64,000 nt of DNA. Origin: Acidimicrobiia bacterium (lineage in GTDB: Bacteria; Actinomycetota; Acidimicrobiia; Spongiisociales; ZC4RG35). The DNA lies in NCBI GenBank assembly GCA_965203555.1, contig CBDBCY010000004.1, positions 2,720,001 through 2,784,000 on the forward strand. The letters run 5' to 3'. The notes beneath the pieces are model-generated. The model worked only from the letters and a program-made list of their open reading frames with translations, had not been told where the DNA came from and did not search any database. The first letter of the stretch is position 1, and the number at the start of each line of letters is the position of its first letter. The position numbers were made by a program, and so were the translations under genes. Shown here piece by piece: positions 10,307-20,459 of this stretch.

Positions 10307-10708
10307 TACAGGGCGTGTTAAAACGCCGCCCACCAACCTGTCGTATCACCAGCATTCCAAGGTCCCTCCGGGCAAAGCCCCGAGGTTGAGGCCGTCGTCG
10401 ACACCGGATTCAGCGAGTTCCTGATTCTGCCGCCGGAATTGGTGACTGAACTGAGGTTGCCCCCGGTGTCCACCGCTTCGGCGACGCTGGCCGATGGCAG
10501 TGAAGCGACGTTCGACGTGTACATGGCAACGGTTCTGTGGGACGGCCAACGCCGCCATGTCGGCGCCTACATGTCCGACACCGACCCTCTCGCAGGTATG
10601 CGTCTTCTGGACCGGCACAGCTTGTACATCGAGGTGAAGAGGGGTGGCCGCGTCGCAATCCGGTCTTTGTCAGGGAGCAGCGGAGCCTCCCCGAGGACCT
10701 ATCCGTGA
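10303..10708 (+). pseudogene. clan AA (retropepsin-like, AF_0612-type) aspartic protease, frameshifted near 10320
   Basis: GTG 10303 gives MIQGV; after one extra base in TTAAAAC the frame reads AAHQPVVS..EVEAVVDTGFSEFL..PLAGMRLL (DTG catalytic motif). Confidence 0.75.
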
Positions 10709-11664
10709 AGAGCCTGACGCAATGCCTCTGATTGCACTGCTTTCCACCGACGACTGGTTGCCGCCTCGGGCAGCATCAGTTCGCTGCCATGGAAAGCTCC
10801 GGGAAAGACATGCAACTCGGTGGGCACGCCCGCCTGGATGAGGCGCACGGCGTAGTCGATGTCCTCATCCACGAAAAGGTCCAATTCTCCCACCATGATG
10901 CAAGCGGGAGGCAGGCCCGACAGGTCCTCGGCGCGGGTCGGGGAGGCGTAGGGGGAAACGTCGTCGGATCCCCGCGCCTCTCCCAGCAGAGCGGTCCACC
11001 CGGAAATGTTCAATTTGCGATTCCACACCTTGGGATGCTGCACGTAGTGGCTGGCGTGAGTGATGCTGCGGTCGTCCAGCATGGGATAGATGAGGTGCTG
11101 GAAGATAATGTCGGGGCCTCCGCGGTCTCTGGCCAGCAGCGCCAGGGCGGCCGCCAACCCGCCACCCGCCGAGCCGCCTCCGATGGCGATCCTCTCCCGG
11201 TCCACTCCCAGGCTATCGGCGTTGTCCGCAAACCACTTCAGCCCCGCGTAGCAGTCCTCGATCGGTGCCGGATGCGGGTGTTCGGGCGCCAGCCGGTATT
11301 CCACCGATGCCACCACGCAGCCCATCTCGGCTGCGGTCGCCTTGGAGGCGGGGTCTTCCATGGAGGCGTACCCGATCACCATTCCTCCTCCGTGGATCCA
11401 GTAGTAACCGGGCGCCGGCGCCTCCAGATCCGATGGCGTGTATACCCGTACCATCACGTCGGGTTCTCCCGTCGGGCCCGGCGCCCAGTGATTCTCCACC
11501 TCCACACCCGGCACCTCCGGCGCGTTGGCGAACATGGCGTCCACCAGGACGTCAAGCGTTTCACGAAGTCTTGGGATGTCGGAGTGATCCAATGCCTCGT
11601 CGGGGATCGTCTCCAGGACAGCCTTACTCTGTTCATCCAGACGGTCTTCGTAGTCCACGGTCAT
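10699..11664 (-). CDS. alpha/beta hydrolase, HSL-family esterase
   Basis: HGGG oxyanion motif, YRLAPEHP, GGSAGG nucleophile, GELDLF, GAFHG. Confidence 0.9.
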   Translation of the reverse strand: MTVDYEDRLDEQSKAVLETIPDEALDHSDIPRLRETLDVLVDAMFANAPEVPGVEVENHWAPGPTGEPDVMVRVYTPSDLEAPAPGYYWIHGGGMVIGYASMEDPASKATAAEMGCVVASVEYRLAPEHPHPAPIEDCYAGLKWFADNADSLGVDRERIAIGGGSAGGGLAAALALLARDRGGPDIIFQHLIYPMLDDRSITHASHYVQHPKVWNRKLNISGWTALLGEARGSDDVSPYASPTRAEDLSGLPPACIMVGELDLFVDEDIDYAVRLIQAGVPTELHVFPGAFHGSELMLPEAATSRRWKAVQSEALRQALHG

Positions 11665-11751
11665 GCTGCCTTCTCCTGAGTCGACCCTGCCGCACATGAT
11701 AAGTCACGAATCAAGGACGGGACCCCGATCCGGATCAGATTGATAAAAGGC

Positions 11752-13356
11752 TCAATTGAGCCACTTGTCCCACAGCAGATAGAGGAACGAGAGGAACGTC
11801 CCCGTTGCTACGACCGCGGAAGTCCAGTTGGCGATGCGGCGTTCTCGTCGACCCCAACCGGCATCCATGAAAATCGAGATTCCACTGGAATCTGCCCCGG
11901 ACGGTTTGTCGCGGCCCTTGAGCGAGCCGGCGGCGTGGAAGGCGGAGGCGACGATTGCCGTGCAGAACGAGATGGCGAACAACTCCACCAGCCATCCCGT
12001 CCATCCCTCCAAGGCGGGTTGAACAACCATCGCCAGCACAACCGCCGCGGCGCCGTACAGGCCCATGGTGAACATTCGGGCCAGGTTGAGACCATTGGCG
12101 ATCAGTGGATATTTGATGCCCAACGGCTCTTCATCTGGCGAACGTGGCCGGCGCAGGGCGTGTTTCCCGACCAAGGCGGGGGAGGTGCTCGTAAAGCGGA
12201 GACCCAACAGCAATGTGAAAGCCCCGGCAAGCAGGGCCAGTATGCCGAAAAACCGCCCGCTGCTCCACAAGGGGCCTGCGTCTCTGAAATAGACGAAGGC
12301 GCCGGTTGTCCACATGGCCAGGATGGCCGACTTGAATCCCCGGCTGATCTCGACCTCGGAGTTGATGAGGATGTTGGAGGCGATGATGGCGCAGGTCCCG
12401 ACGATGAGATAGTCGACGCGCGAGATGTTGATTTCCCAGAACAGGGCAAGCCACAGCACCCCGAACAACGGTTCGGCGTAGCCCAGCGCATTGATTCCGA
12501 GAGTATGGGTCATCAGGTTGGCTTTCCGCCACAAGATGGAGGCGGTGACCCGTACGGTGGCGCCGAGAACCAGTCCCATCAGTATTACATCGAGTTGGAT
12601 CTGTTCCAATGCGACCAGGCTGAATCCTGCTTTGATCGGAGCTGTGAAGGCATTGCTGAGACAGACCACCACGGTGATGAAGAACAACTCCATGCTGTGG
12701 GACTCCTCTGGTTGCCTTCGAACCCTGGCTTTGCGAGCCAGGTCGGTTGCCCAGGAGAAGGTGAAGATGTTGAAAGTGATGAGCACTCCGCTCAGCAAGG
12801 CCAGGGCAAACCCCAGATAGGACGAGTCCGACGCCCAATCGAGTCCACTCTGGGTGCTCGATTGGGCCAGCACCACGTACGCCAGGCCGATCAGGCTGAA
12901 AAACATCAACATCACCAGCGAAGGTGTGATCTTGCGATACCTCGCGGGCCGGGCCGCCCTGCCGCTGAAGATCCGCTGGAGGAGGAATACGAAAAGGATG
13001 GGCCAGCATCCCCACAGGATGGTGGCTACCGTGGCGTCGATGAACTGGGTGCTCCATGCGAAGAAGGTGAACTCGAACGAGCCCAGCAGGATCAACAGAA
13101 TCGGCCAGCTGACAATGTTCCGGCGGACGAGACTGCGAATGTCCGGATCGCGCAGTTGCGGCCTGTACCTGGCTGCCAGAAACGCCAGGGCGCCCACCGA
13201 TGTGCCTGCCGATAGAAAGGCGCCGAAGAGAAATGGGCTGTCAGGGGCGCCCACCACCACCATCGCCAAGGGCAGTACCGATATGGATGTTACGGAGATG
13301 AGCACGTATGTGGCAGCGGTCCGGTTGCGCTCCATCTCGGCAGAGAGAGAAGCCAT
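11752..13356 (-). CDS. DMT/EamA-like multipass membrane protein with extended C-terminal membrane region
   Basis: Many hydrophobic segments; DATVATIL...WPI and YAEPLFGVLWL resemble EamA repeats. Confidence 0.6.
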   Translation of the reverse strand: MASLSAEMERNRTAATYVLISVTSISVLPLAMVVVGAPDSPFLFGAFLSAGTSVGALAFLAARYRPQLRDPDIRSLVRRNIVSWPILLILLGSFEFTFFAWSTQFIDATVATILWGCWPILFVFLLQRIFSGRAARPARYRKITPSLVMLMFFSLIGLAYVVLAQSSTQSGLDWASDSSYLGFALALLSGVLITFNIFTFSWATDLARKARVRRQPEESHSMELFFITVVVCLSNAFTAPIKAGFSLVALEQIQLDVILMGLVLGATVRVTASILWRKANLMTHTLGINALGYAEPLFGVLWLALFWEINISRVDYLIVGTCAIIASNILINSEVEISRGFKSAILAMWTTGAFVYFRDAGPLWSSGRFFGILALLAGAFTLLLGLRFTSTSPALVGKHALRRPRSPDEEPLGIKYPLIANGLNLARMFTMGLYGAAAVVLAMVVQPALEGWTGWLVELFAISFCTAIVASAFHAAGSLKGRDKPSGADSSGISIFMDAGWGRRERRIANWTSAVVATGTFLSFLYLLWDKWLN

Positions 13357-13505
13357 CACAGACAGGCTACCGACCGATCGGGCCGCGGTGGGCGCGTGGT
13401 AGCATGCGGCGCCCACCGGTGTCCGGGCCATTGCGGGAACCGAGCAGTTTGCCAAGCGCTCCCTCCCGGGCACTTGGGCCGTGGGTGAGGTATATGCTCA
13501 TACAT

Positions 13506-13757
13506 ATGCGCACTACTATCGATCTTCCCGATGACCTGTACCGCCAGGTTAAGGTGGCCGCAGCCCGAGAGGGTGTGACGTTGCGGTCGATCATCGAGAG
13601 AGGGTTGCGAAATGAACTTGCCCGGCTCAAGGCAGGGTCTTATCAGTTGCCCGACCTCTCGTTTGGAGGCCAGGGGATCTCTTCAGACATAGATGAGGAA
13701 GATTGGCCGACGATACGGGACATGGTTTACGGGGTCGGCGCCGATGATCGCGGTTGA
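13506..13757 (+). CDS. vapB: VapB-type ribbon-helix-helix antitoxin
   Basis: MRTTIDLPDDLYRQVKVAAAREGVTLRSIIERGL; TATGCT -10 box 7 nt before ATG; overlaps PIN gene. Confidence 0.8.
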   Translation: MRTTIDLPDDLYRQVKVAAAREGVTLRSIIERGLRNELARLKAGSYQLPDLSFGGQGISSDIDEEDWPTIRDMVYGVGADDRG

Positions 13758-14174
13758 TTCGAATATCCTGGTCTATGCCCACCGTTCGGATTAGAGGTTT
13801 CATGGCTCGGCTGCAGATGCACTGGCTTCGCTTGCGTCCGGCGACACCGTTTGGGTTCATCCCTGGCCCTGCATCCACGAATTCTTGTCGGTGGTTACGA
13901 GACCGAAGCTCTACGAACCGCCGACTCCGATAAAACGGGCTTTGCTGCAGGTGGCCGCATGGGCGGCATCACTATCGGTGAGGCTTCTCCACGAGACCGA
14001 GCACCATCTGAGGATCCTTGCCGGCCTCCTCCGCCGTCATCGTCAACCGGGATCCGTGTTCATGACGCCCGTATCGCGGCGATCTGTATGGGCCACCAGG
14101 TAAGGGAACTGTGGACTGCCGACTCCGACTTCAAACGTTTTCCGATCTTGATCAGAAACCCCGTCGCCGGATAG
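13744..14174 (+). pseudogene. vapC: VapC PIN toxin with in-frame TAG (13792-13794) and a frameshift near 14045
   Basis: MIAVDSNILVYAHRSD*...WPCIHEFLSVVTRP, then VHDARIAAIC...LWTADSDFKRFP in another frame. Confidence 0.8.
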
Positions 14175-14244
14175 ACGGCTCTTCCTGCCCTGCGGTGATA
14201 TCCGGACCGGGCGAGGGGCTTCCGGTTTCACCCCTGACGAATAG

Positions 14245-14700
14245 TCACAGAACGCAGAACTCGTTTCCCTCGGGATCGGTCATCACCACCCACCGGCCCA
14301 CCGGTTCATCAAATCGTTCGATCTCGGCGGCGCCCCTGGCGATCAGAGCCTTGATCTTGGCTTCGCGATTGCGATCGTGTTGGTCCTCGGGCAGGGATCG
14401 GTCGACGACGTCGACATCCAGGTGCCAGCGGTTCTTGACGGCCTTGACCTCGGGGACTTTCTGGAACAGGATCCGGGGGCCGATCCCCTGGGGATCTATG
14501 ACCGCCGCGTAGCGTTCCCGGTCTTCTTCCGAGAGGTGCATGGCGTCGGCGAAGGACTCCCAGGTATCGAAGCCCTCGGGCGGCGGCTGGAGGATGTATC
14601 CCAGTGCGAAACCCCAGAACTCGGCCAGCCGGTTGGGATCCGCTGCATCAACGGTCACGTTCTTGAGGCGGATGCCCTGGCGGTTGGGGAAGATACTCAT
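14245..14700 (-). CDS. VOC/glyoxalase-like family protein
   Basis: VTVDAADPNRLAEFW, LFQKVPEVKAVKNRWHLDV, MTDPEGNEFC. Confidence 0.88.
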   Translation of the reverse strand: MSIFPNRQGIRLKNVTVDAADPNRLAEFWGFALGYILQPPPEGFDTWESFADAMHLSEEDRERYAAVIDPQGIGPRILFQKVPEVKAVKNRWHLDVDVVDRSLPEDQHDRNREAKIKALIARGAAEIERFDEPVGRWVVMTDPEGNEFCVL

Positions 14701-14880
14701 AGGGTCGAGAATATCAAAGGCCGGTCACCCGACCGGCCGTAAACGGAGGCTCGTCGCCGCGTGGCTCGGCAGGGGCGACCCGACCCAGAAGTTGATCTTC
14801 TCCAGCAGTGAGATCCCTCATCCCCAAAGTGGATGCCACCAGGTTGGCGCTATTCTACCTTCTAAGGAATATTGGTACCT

Positions 14881-15123
14881 ATGGTTTTGAGCATCAAGAA
14901 TGCGAAGGCGGATCAACTGGCCCGGGAACTGGCCGAGTTGACGGGAGAGACAATCACCGATGCGGTTGTGGCCGCGTTGCAGGCGCGTCTGGAAGTAGAG
15001 CGGCGGCGAGGCCGGAATCGCGCGCTCCGCGACATCGTGGAACGGTTCAGCCGGCTGGAAGTACTCGACAAGCGTGCGCCCGACGACATCCTCGGCTACG
15101 ACGGGTACGGACTTCCATCGTGA
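14881..15123 (+). CDS. vapB: VapB antitoxin (Rv0623-like)
   Basis: LSIKNAKADQLARELAELTGETITDAV...ILGYDGYGLP; overlaps PIN gene. Confidence 0.85.
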   Translation: MVLSIKNAKADQLARELAELTGETITDAVVAALQARLEVERRRGRNRALRDIVERFSRLEVLDKRAPDDILGYDGYGLPS

Positions 15124-15506
15124 TCGTGGTCGATTCCTCGGCGATTGTGGCGGTGCTGTTCGGCGAGCGTGGTGGTCGGGAAGTCGAGCGTAAACTGCTG
15201 GATTCACCCTGCGTCATGTCGGCGGCGACGCGGGTGGAGTTAGGGATCGTCATCGAATCGCGGGCCGGTGCGGAGGGTGCGCAGCTCCTCCAGGAACTGC
15301 TGTCTCGCATCGAAGTCCAGATATCACCCGTGGATGTGGAGATCGCCGACGAGGCGATCATTGCCTGGCGCCGCTTCGGAAAGGGCAGGCATCCGGCGGG
15401 CCTCAATTACGGTGACACCTTCGCCTATGCGCTGGCTCACCGATCGGCCCTTCCGTTGCTGTTCGTTGGCGACGACTTCGCTCGAACCGACGTGCTGGTT
15501 GCCTGA
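15120..15506 (+). CDS. vapC: VapC PIN-domain toxin (VapC30-like)
   Basis: GTG start; VVDSSAIVAVL, RFGKGRHPAGLNYGDTFAYALA, LFVGDDF. Confidence 0.88.
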   Translation: MIVVDSSAIVAVLFGERGGREVERKLLDSPCVMSAATRVELGIVIESRAGAEGAQLLQELLSRIEVQISPVDVEIADEAIIAWRRFGKGRHPAGLNYGDTFAYALAHRSALPLLFVGDDFARTDVLVA

Positions 15507-15539
15507 TGGGCGGCAATGAGATTCGAAATGGTCGAGACC

Positions 15540-16184
15540 TCATCGTCTCCGTGACATGACTCCGGCAGCTCTTTGAAGCGCGGCCCGGCACGGCTCCACC
15601 ACCGGCATTCCCAGATCGACGGCCAGGCGGTCGGCCATCCGGGTCATCCCGGCGCATCCCAGCACCAGCACCTCGGCGCCGGTTTCCCGAAGCCGGGTTC
15701 CGGCGGCCAGAACGTCCCGGTAGGCATCTTCGCCTTCCAGGTCGAGCACACCGCGTCCGCAGGCGATCTCGTCCACGATGTTCCCGGTCACCCCCAGCTT
15801 GTCCCAGTAGACCCGGTGGCGGGGGATCGCCTTGTCCAACCCGGCGATGATCCCCACCGAGGGCGAGATCTGAAGCGCGACATGAATGGACGACTCGGCG
15901 ATCCCGAACACCGGCGCATCGAATTCCTCCCGGGCCGAAGCCAATCCCGGGTCGGAGAAGCACCCCACCACGTAGGCGTCGGCCGGGTGGTTGCGCAGCG
16001 TCTCCAGCATCGAGGAGGCGCAGTCCAACACGTCCTGGTCGGATTCGATGGCCGCCGGGCCGCCCCGGTTGGTGATCACCTCCACGTCAAGGTCCGTTCC
16101 GACGGTTTCTGATGCGGCTTCGGCGAGCATGGCGGTGATGTAGTCGGTGCTATTGGGATTGATCATCACTACTTTGGCTTTCAT
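15540..16184 (-). CDS. Asp/Glu/hydantoin racemase family protein
   Basis: INPNST, GCFSDPG, VLGCAGM; ATGA overlap with decarboxylase. Confidence 0.88.
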   Translation of the reverse strand: MKAKVVMINPNSTDYITAMLAEAASETVGTDLDVEVITNRGGPAAIESDQDVLDCASSMLETLRNHPADAYVVGCFSDPGLASAREEFDAPVFGIAESSIHVALQISPSVGIIAGLDKAIPRHRVYWDKLGVTGNIVDEIACGRGVLDLEGEDAYRDVLAAGTRLRETGAEVLVLGCAGMTRMADRLAVDLGMPVVEPCRAALQRAAGVMSRRR

Positions 16185-17572
16185 TCCCAATCCCTGGTCA
16201 ATCGGTCGATCAAGTCCCACAGGCGATGGACATGCCGAGCCTCGGTGTTGGTCTGACCGATCGAGACTCGGATGAAGGGCCGGCCGTCCAGAACCGAGGC
16301 GGTGACGTACGCCCAGCCGGAGGAGTTAATCCCCTCCGCCAGCCGGGAGGTCTCCTCGTCACTTCCACCATGGCGGAAGGAGACCAGCGAGAAAGTGGTG
16401 GGCGCCACCAGCTCGAGGGCGGGATGGGCATCGACCCGTTCGGTGAGCCACCGGGCCAGGCGCACGTCTTCTCGCACTTTGGCTCTGATCCCTTCGGCGC
16501 CGTAGGAGCGAAGAACGAACCACAGCTTCAGAGCGCGGAACCGTCTTCCCAGGGGCACCTGCCAGTCGCGGTAGTCGATCACCTCCCCGCCCTCGGTGGC
16601 CTGGTTGCGAAGATAAGGCGGCGTGATGCTGAGCGCATCGATCATGGGACGGCGGTCGGCGAAGTACATGGCCGAGCAGTCGAAATTGGTGAGCATCCAC
16701 TTGTGGGGATTGAAGACGTAGCTGTCCACCAACTCCAAGCCGTCCTGGTGGTGGCGGAACTCCTCACAGATCATGGCCGTGCCCGAGAAGGCGGCGTCCA
16801 CGTGGTGCCACATGCCCTCCGAGCGGGCAATCTCGCCGATGGCCCGCAGGGGATCCACCGCGGTGGTGCCGGTGGTGCCCACCGTGCTCCCCACGAACGC
16901 CGGAGTCAGACCTCCTGCCCGGTCGGCGGCGATGGCATGGGAAAGAGCCGCCGGGGACATGGCCAGATCCGAGTCGGTCTCCACCAGCCGAAGATGGCCG
17001 AATCCAGCCACCCGAGCTCCCTTTTCCACCGAGGAGTGGGCCTGGTCGGACGTGTAGGCGACCATATCGTCCGCCGTCACCTGGCGGGATTTCATGTGGC
17101 GGGCGACAACCACCGCCAGATGGGTGGCTTCCGAAGCGCTCCCCTGGATAACGCCGCCCCCGGGTCCGGTGGTCTTCCAGTGCCGGGGCAGGCCCATCAG
17201 GTCCACCATCCAGTCCAACACCCGCGCTTCCACCTCGGTGCAGGCCGGACTGGTGGCCCACAGCATCCCCTGCACTCCCAGTCCGGCGGCCGCCAACTCG
17301 CCCAGCACCGCCGGGGGGGAGGAGTTGGCCGGAAAGAACGCGAACCAACCGGGTGACTGCCAGTGGGTGATGCCCGGCATCACGATCTCGTCAAGGTCGG
17401 CCATAATCTGTTCGAAACTCTCGGGCGCCTCGGGGGCCCTGCGGGGCATGCGAGAGCGGACCTCCCCCGGCTTGACATCCGGGAGGATCGGCAGGTCCTC
17501 CACCCGCTCCCAGTAGTCGGCCAGCCAGTCGACCATCCGGTACCCATGCTTGCGGAACTCAGCGGCGTCCAT
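16181..17572 (-). CDS. PLP-dependent aromatic-L-amino-acid decarboxylase (group II)
   Basis: MDAAEFRKHG, PGITHWQSP, TSPACTE, HVDAA, FNPHKWM (PLP Lys), DYRDWQVPLGRRFRALKLW. Confidence 0.92.
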   Translation of the reverse strand: MDAAEFRKHGYRMVDWLADYWERVEDLPILPDVKPGEVRSRMPRRAPEAPESFEQIMADLDEIVMPGITHWQSPGWFAFFPANSSPPAVLGELAAAGLGVQGMLWATSPACTEVEARVLDWMVDLMGLPRHWKTTGPGGGVIQGSASEATHLAVVVARHMKSRQVTADDMVAYTSDQAHSSVEKGARVAGFGHLRLVETDSDLAMSPAALSHAIAADRAGGLTPAFVGSTVGTTGTTAVDPLRAIGEIARSEGMWHHVDAAFSGTAMICEEFRHHQDGLELVDSYVFNPHKWMLTNFDCSAMYFADRRPMIDALSITPPYLRNQATEGGEVIDYRDWQVPLGRRFRALKLWFVLRSYGAEGIRAKVREDVRLARWLTERVDAHPALELVAPTTFSLVSFRHGGSDEETSRLAEGINSSGWAYVTASVLDGRPFIRVSIGQTNTEARHVHRLWDLIDRLTRDWE

Positions 17573-17844
17573 CGGCCTCAGGCTAGTTGCAGGCCTTCAA
17601 CAGGCCATTTCGTCGGCCAAGGAGGATGTGTGGCATTTTTCCTCCAAAGGCGTGAAGAATTCTCAATGGCTGAATAGGCAAAGATGCCTGATTGGTCCAA
17701 GACTGGGGAATGGACAGACCTCAAGGCGTCACTACTTCGACATCGCAAAAGGGGAACTCAATCCCCACTGCATTCTCTGCTCTTGTCAAGACTTGGCGTC
17801 CTGGCTTGGTGCGCCGCTTTGCCACGGGTGGTACCATATATGGC

Positions 17845-18054
17845 ATGATCAAGACCACCATCTATTTGCCGGAGTCATTGAAGCGAGAGGTGGAACGACA
17901 GGCACGGCGGCGCTCGTGCTCAGAAGCTGAGGTGATTCGCCAAGCCATCCGGGTCGCCGTGGCGCGTCCCAAACCGCAACCCGGGATCATCTCCGGCGAC
18001 GGCCTGTGGGGAAGAGATGTTGATAAGTACATGAAGGGCTTCGGCGAAAGGTGA
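17845..18054 (+). CDS. vapB: CopG/RHH antitoxin
   Basis: MIKTTIYLPESLKREVERQARRRSCSEAEVIRQAI...YMKGFGER; TACCAT -10 box 7 nt before ATG. Confidence 0.82.
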   Translation: MIKTTIYLPESLKREVERQARRRSCSEAEVIRQAIRVAVARPKPQPGIISGDGLWGRDVDKYMKGFGER

Positions 18055-18461
18055 TTATTGCCGACGCCAGTGGCCTCATCTCCTTTTTCACCGAGTCGGA
18101 TCCCGACCATGAAGCGGTGGTGGCATGGATAGAAACCAACAGTCGCGACATGGTGGTTTCCCCGTTCGTCTTGGCTGAGGTCGATTACCTGGTTGCCACT
18201 CGCAAGGGGGTGGCAGCGGAGTTGGCGGTTCTCCGGGAATTGGCGGGCGGAGCTTATCTTTTGCCTGCCATCGGAGCACGGGATCTTGCTACCGCAATTG
18301 ATGTCGTGGACGGCTACCGAGAACTTGACATCGGGATTGCCGATGCATCCATTGTTGTGCTGGCCGACCGTTATCGCACCAATACCGTCTTGACTTTGGA
18401 CAGGAGGCACTTCAGCGTGCTGCGCCCTCTTGCGGGCGGTCGTTTCACTCTGGTCCCATAG
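18051..18461 (+). CDS. vapC: VapC PIN-domain toxin
   Basis: IIADASG, LAEVDYL, IGIADASIV, LTLDRRHFS. Confidence 0.88.
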   Translation: MIIADASGLISFFTESDPDHEAVVAWIETNSRDMVVSPFVLAEVDYLVATRKGVAAELAVLRELAGGAYLLPAIGARDLATAIDVVDGYRELDIGIADASIVVLADRYRTNTVLTLDRRHFSVLRPLAGGRFTLVP

Positions 18462-18474
18462 GGAGGAGTCGTGA

Positions 18475-18626
18475 TCAGCACGGTATGACCATCCGCTGAG
18501 GGATAGGAGTCCCGGGCGGCGGGCTTTCCGGCGGTGGAGAGGGAATCCCGGGGTCTGTCGAGATGTGGATGCCGTCTACCGATACGGCTACCCGGTCGCC
18601 GGGTGCGAACTGGGGTTGGGCCAGGC
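18475..18626 (-). pseudogene. diverged duplicate of the 3' end of the Fe3+ ABC ATPase gene
   Basis: QPQFAPGDRVAVSVDGIHI..PPPESPPPGTPIPQ matches the C-terminus of 21276..22373. Confidence 0.8.
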
Positions 18627-18768
18627 ATGGTAAGTGTCGGCCATTACTAAAATACATGCAAGTAATACAGAATTAGTAGATAACCCAGGTGGATAGTGAC
18701 GACACAACGAAGACGACCCTGGTGTATAGGGTGTCGCAATCACCTCCAAAACACATCTTGCTACTGAT

Positions 18769-18802
18769 ATCTACTAGCATCTACTATTTTAGTAGATATA
18801 CT
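18769..18802 (+). promoter_or_regulatory. palindromic operator overlapping -10 box of Fic gene
   Basis: ATCTACTA-TTT-TAGTAGAT (18779-18797), extra ATCTACTA at 18769, TATACT at 18797-18802, ATG at 18811. Confidence 0.6.
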
Positions 18803-18810
18803 GTAAGGTT

Positions 18811-20145
18811 ATGAAGATCCCAACCAGAGGCCCATCGGTCGAGGAGGGCTTCGGCAAGCTCAGCCGAGATCGAACAGCCGCAATTCTCTACAGTGATCAT
18901 TCTCGACCTTCCGTGAATGGTCACTACTACCACTGGGATGAGTTGCGCCGTCGCATACCTCCTGATGGTTTTTCGTCAGAAGAGTGGTGGTTTGGTGTCA
19001 AGGTGGCTCGCTCGCAGGTGCGCAGGATGTTGCCGTTCTCCGACACGGCCGGTCGGCCATTCAGCTATGTCCTGACCGATGAAGCACTCTCGATGTTGCA
19101 CCAGATCGACCAGCAGGCAGCGGGGCGCATCCAAATGCCGGAAGTGGTCACCAACTCAGCGACCCGCGATCGCTACATCGTGGCAGGGCTGATTGAGGAA
19201 GCAATTAACTCCAGCTTGCTGGAAGGGGCCGCCACTACCCGCCGTGAGGCAAAGGAACTGCTTCGCTCGGGTCGGTCACCTCGAACCATTGATGAGCGGA
19301 TGGTGGTGAACAACTATCGCACTATGCAGAACCTGCGTCAAGACTCAAAAACGCCACTCACACTGGAGATGGTGCTTGATGTGCACCGGATGGTCGTTGA
19401 TGGGACCTTGGAACGTCCCGAAGAAGCCGGTCGCCTCCAACGGACCGGTGAGAAGAGGGTCTATGTCAGTGGTCCTGATCCCAATGACATTTATCACCGC
19501 CCGCCTCCCGCGGCCGAATTGCCCGACCTGATGCAGGAGTTGGTTGACTTTGCGAACGCGGTGGAAGATCAGGGCTTCGTGCATCCGGTGGTGCGGGCGA
19601 TCGCCCTTCACTTCCAGTTGGCCTACATCCATCCCTTCGTGGACGGAAATGGGAGAACGGCACGGGCGCTCTTCTACCGTTCCTTGCTACGACACGGCTA
19701 CTGGCTGGCGGAATTCTTGTCAATTTCCCGCCTACTCCACCAAGCTCCAGTCCAATACCAAAGATCCTTCTTATACACAGAGACCGACGACGGCGACTTT
19801 ACCTATTTCCTGCTACACCAATTGAAGGTGCTTTGCCGCGCGATAGAGGATCTCTTCCAGAGCTTGGAAGACAAAGTTGCGGAGGTGAGGCAGGTAGAAA
19901 GGGCCCTACGGAGAGAGCCATATCTGAACAGCCGCCAGATGGCGCTGTTGAGTCACGCCTTGCGGAACCTTGATGCTGTCTACACGATTCAAGCGCACCA
20001 AACCAGCCACAGGGTTGCCTACCAGACGGCGCGGACTGACTTGCTAGACCTCGAGAAGCGAGGGTTCCTGAAACTCCGCAGCACGGGCAAGCAATATCTC
20101 TTCTTCCCGGTAGTTGAAGCGTTGGAGGAGAAGCTTGGGACGTGA
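18811..20145 (+). CDS. Fic family protein with C-terminal winged-HTH
   Basis: HPFVDGNGRTAR Fic motif; SSLLEGA inhibitory-helix-like motif; C-terminal YQTARTDLLDLEKRGFL. Confidence 0.9.
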   Translation: MKIPTRGPSVEEGFGKLSRDRTAAILYSDHSRPSVNGHYYHWDELRRRIPPDGFSSEEWWFGVKVARSQVRRMLPFSDTAGRPFSYVLTDEALSMLHQIDQQAAGRIQMPEVVTNSATRDRYIVAGLIEEAINSSLLEGAATTRREAKELLRSGRSPRTIDERMVVNNYRTMQNLRQDSKTPLTLEMVLDVHRMVVDGTLERPEEAGRLQRTGEKRVYVSGPDPNDIYHRPPPAAELPDLMQELVDFANAVEDQGFVHPVVRAIALHFQLAYIHPFVDGNGRTARALFYRSLLRHGYWLAEFLSISRLLHQAPVQYQRSFLYTETDDGDFTYFLLHQLKVLCRAIEDLFQSLEDKVAEVRQVERALRREPYLNSRQMALLSHALRNLDAVYTIQAHQTSHRVAYQTARTDLLDLEKRGFLKLRSTGKQYLFFPVVEALEEKLGT

Positions 20146-20151
20146 TATGGC

Positions 20152-20364
20152 ATGATCAAAACCACCACCATCAATCTACCGGAGTCGTTGAATCGGGAGG
20201 TGGCGCGACAAGCTCGACATCGGTCGTGCTCCGAAGCTGAGGTGATTCAACAAGCTATCCGGGACGCAGTGGCGCGTCCCAAGCCGCGGCCCGGGATCAT
20301 TTCCGGTGACGATTCCCGGGTCGAGCATATTGACGAATACTTGGAGGGCTTCGGCGAGAGATAA
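20152..20364 (+). CDS. vapB: second copy of the CopG/RHH antitoxin, followed only by a ~65-bp vapC remnant
   Basis: Close paralogue of 17845..18054; 20361-20426 aligns with the start of vapC 18051. Confidence 0.75.
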   Translation: MIKTTTINLPESLNREVARQARHRSCSEAEVIQQAIRDAVARPKPRPGIISGDDSRVEHIDEYLEGFGER

Positions 20365-20459
20365 TCATCGCCGCTACGAGCCCTTCCTATTGCCTTCTTT
20401 ACCGAGACCGGGCCGAGGTATGACGACATTGCCACAAGCCGCGCCGGACGGGCAAACGG

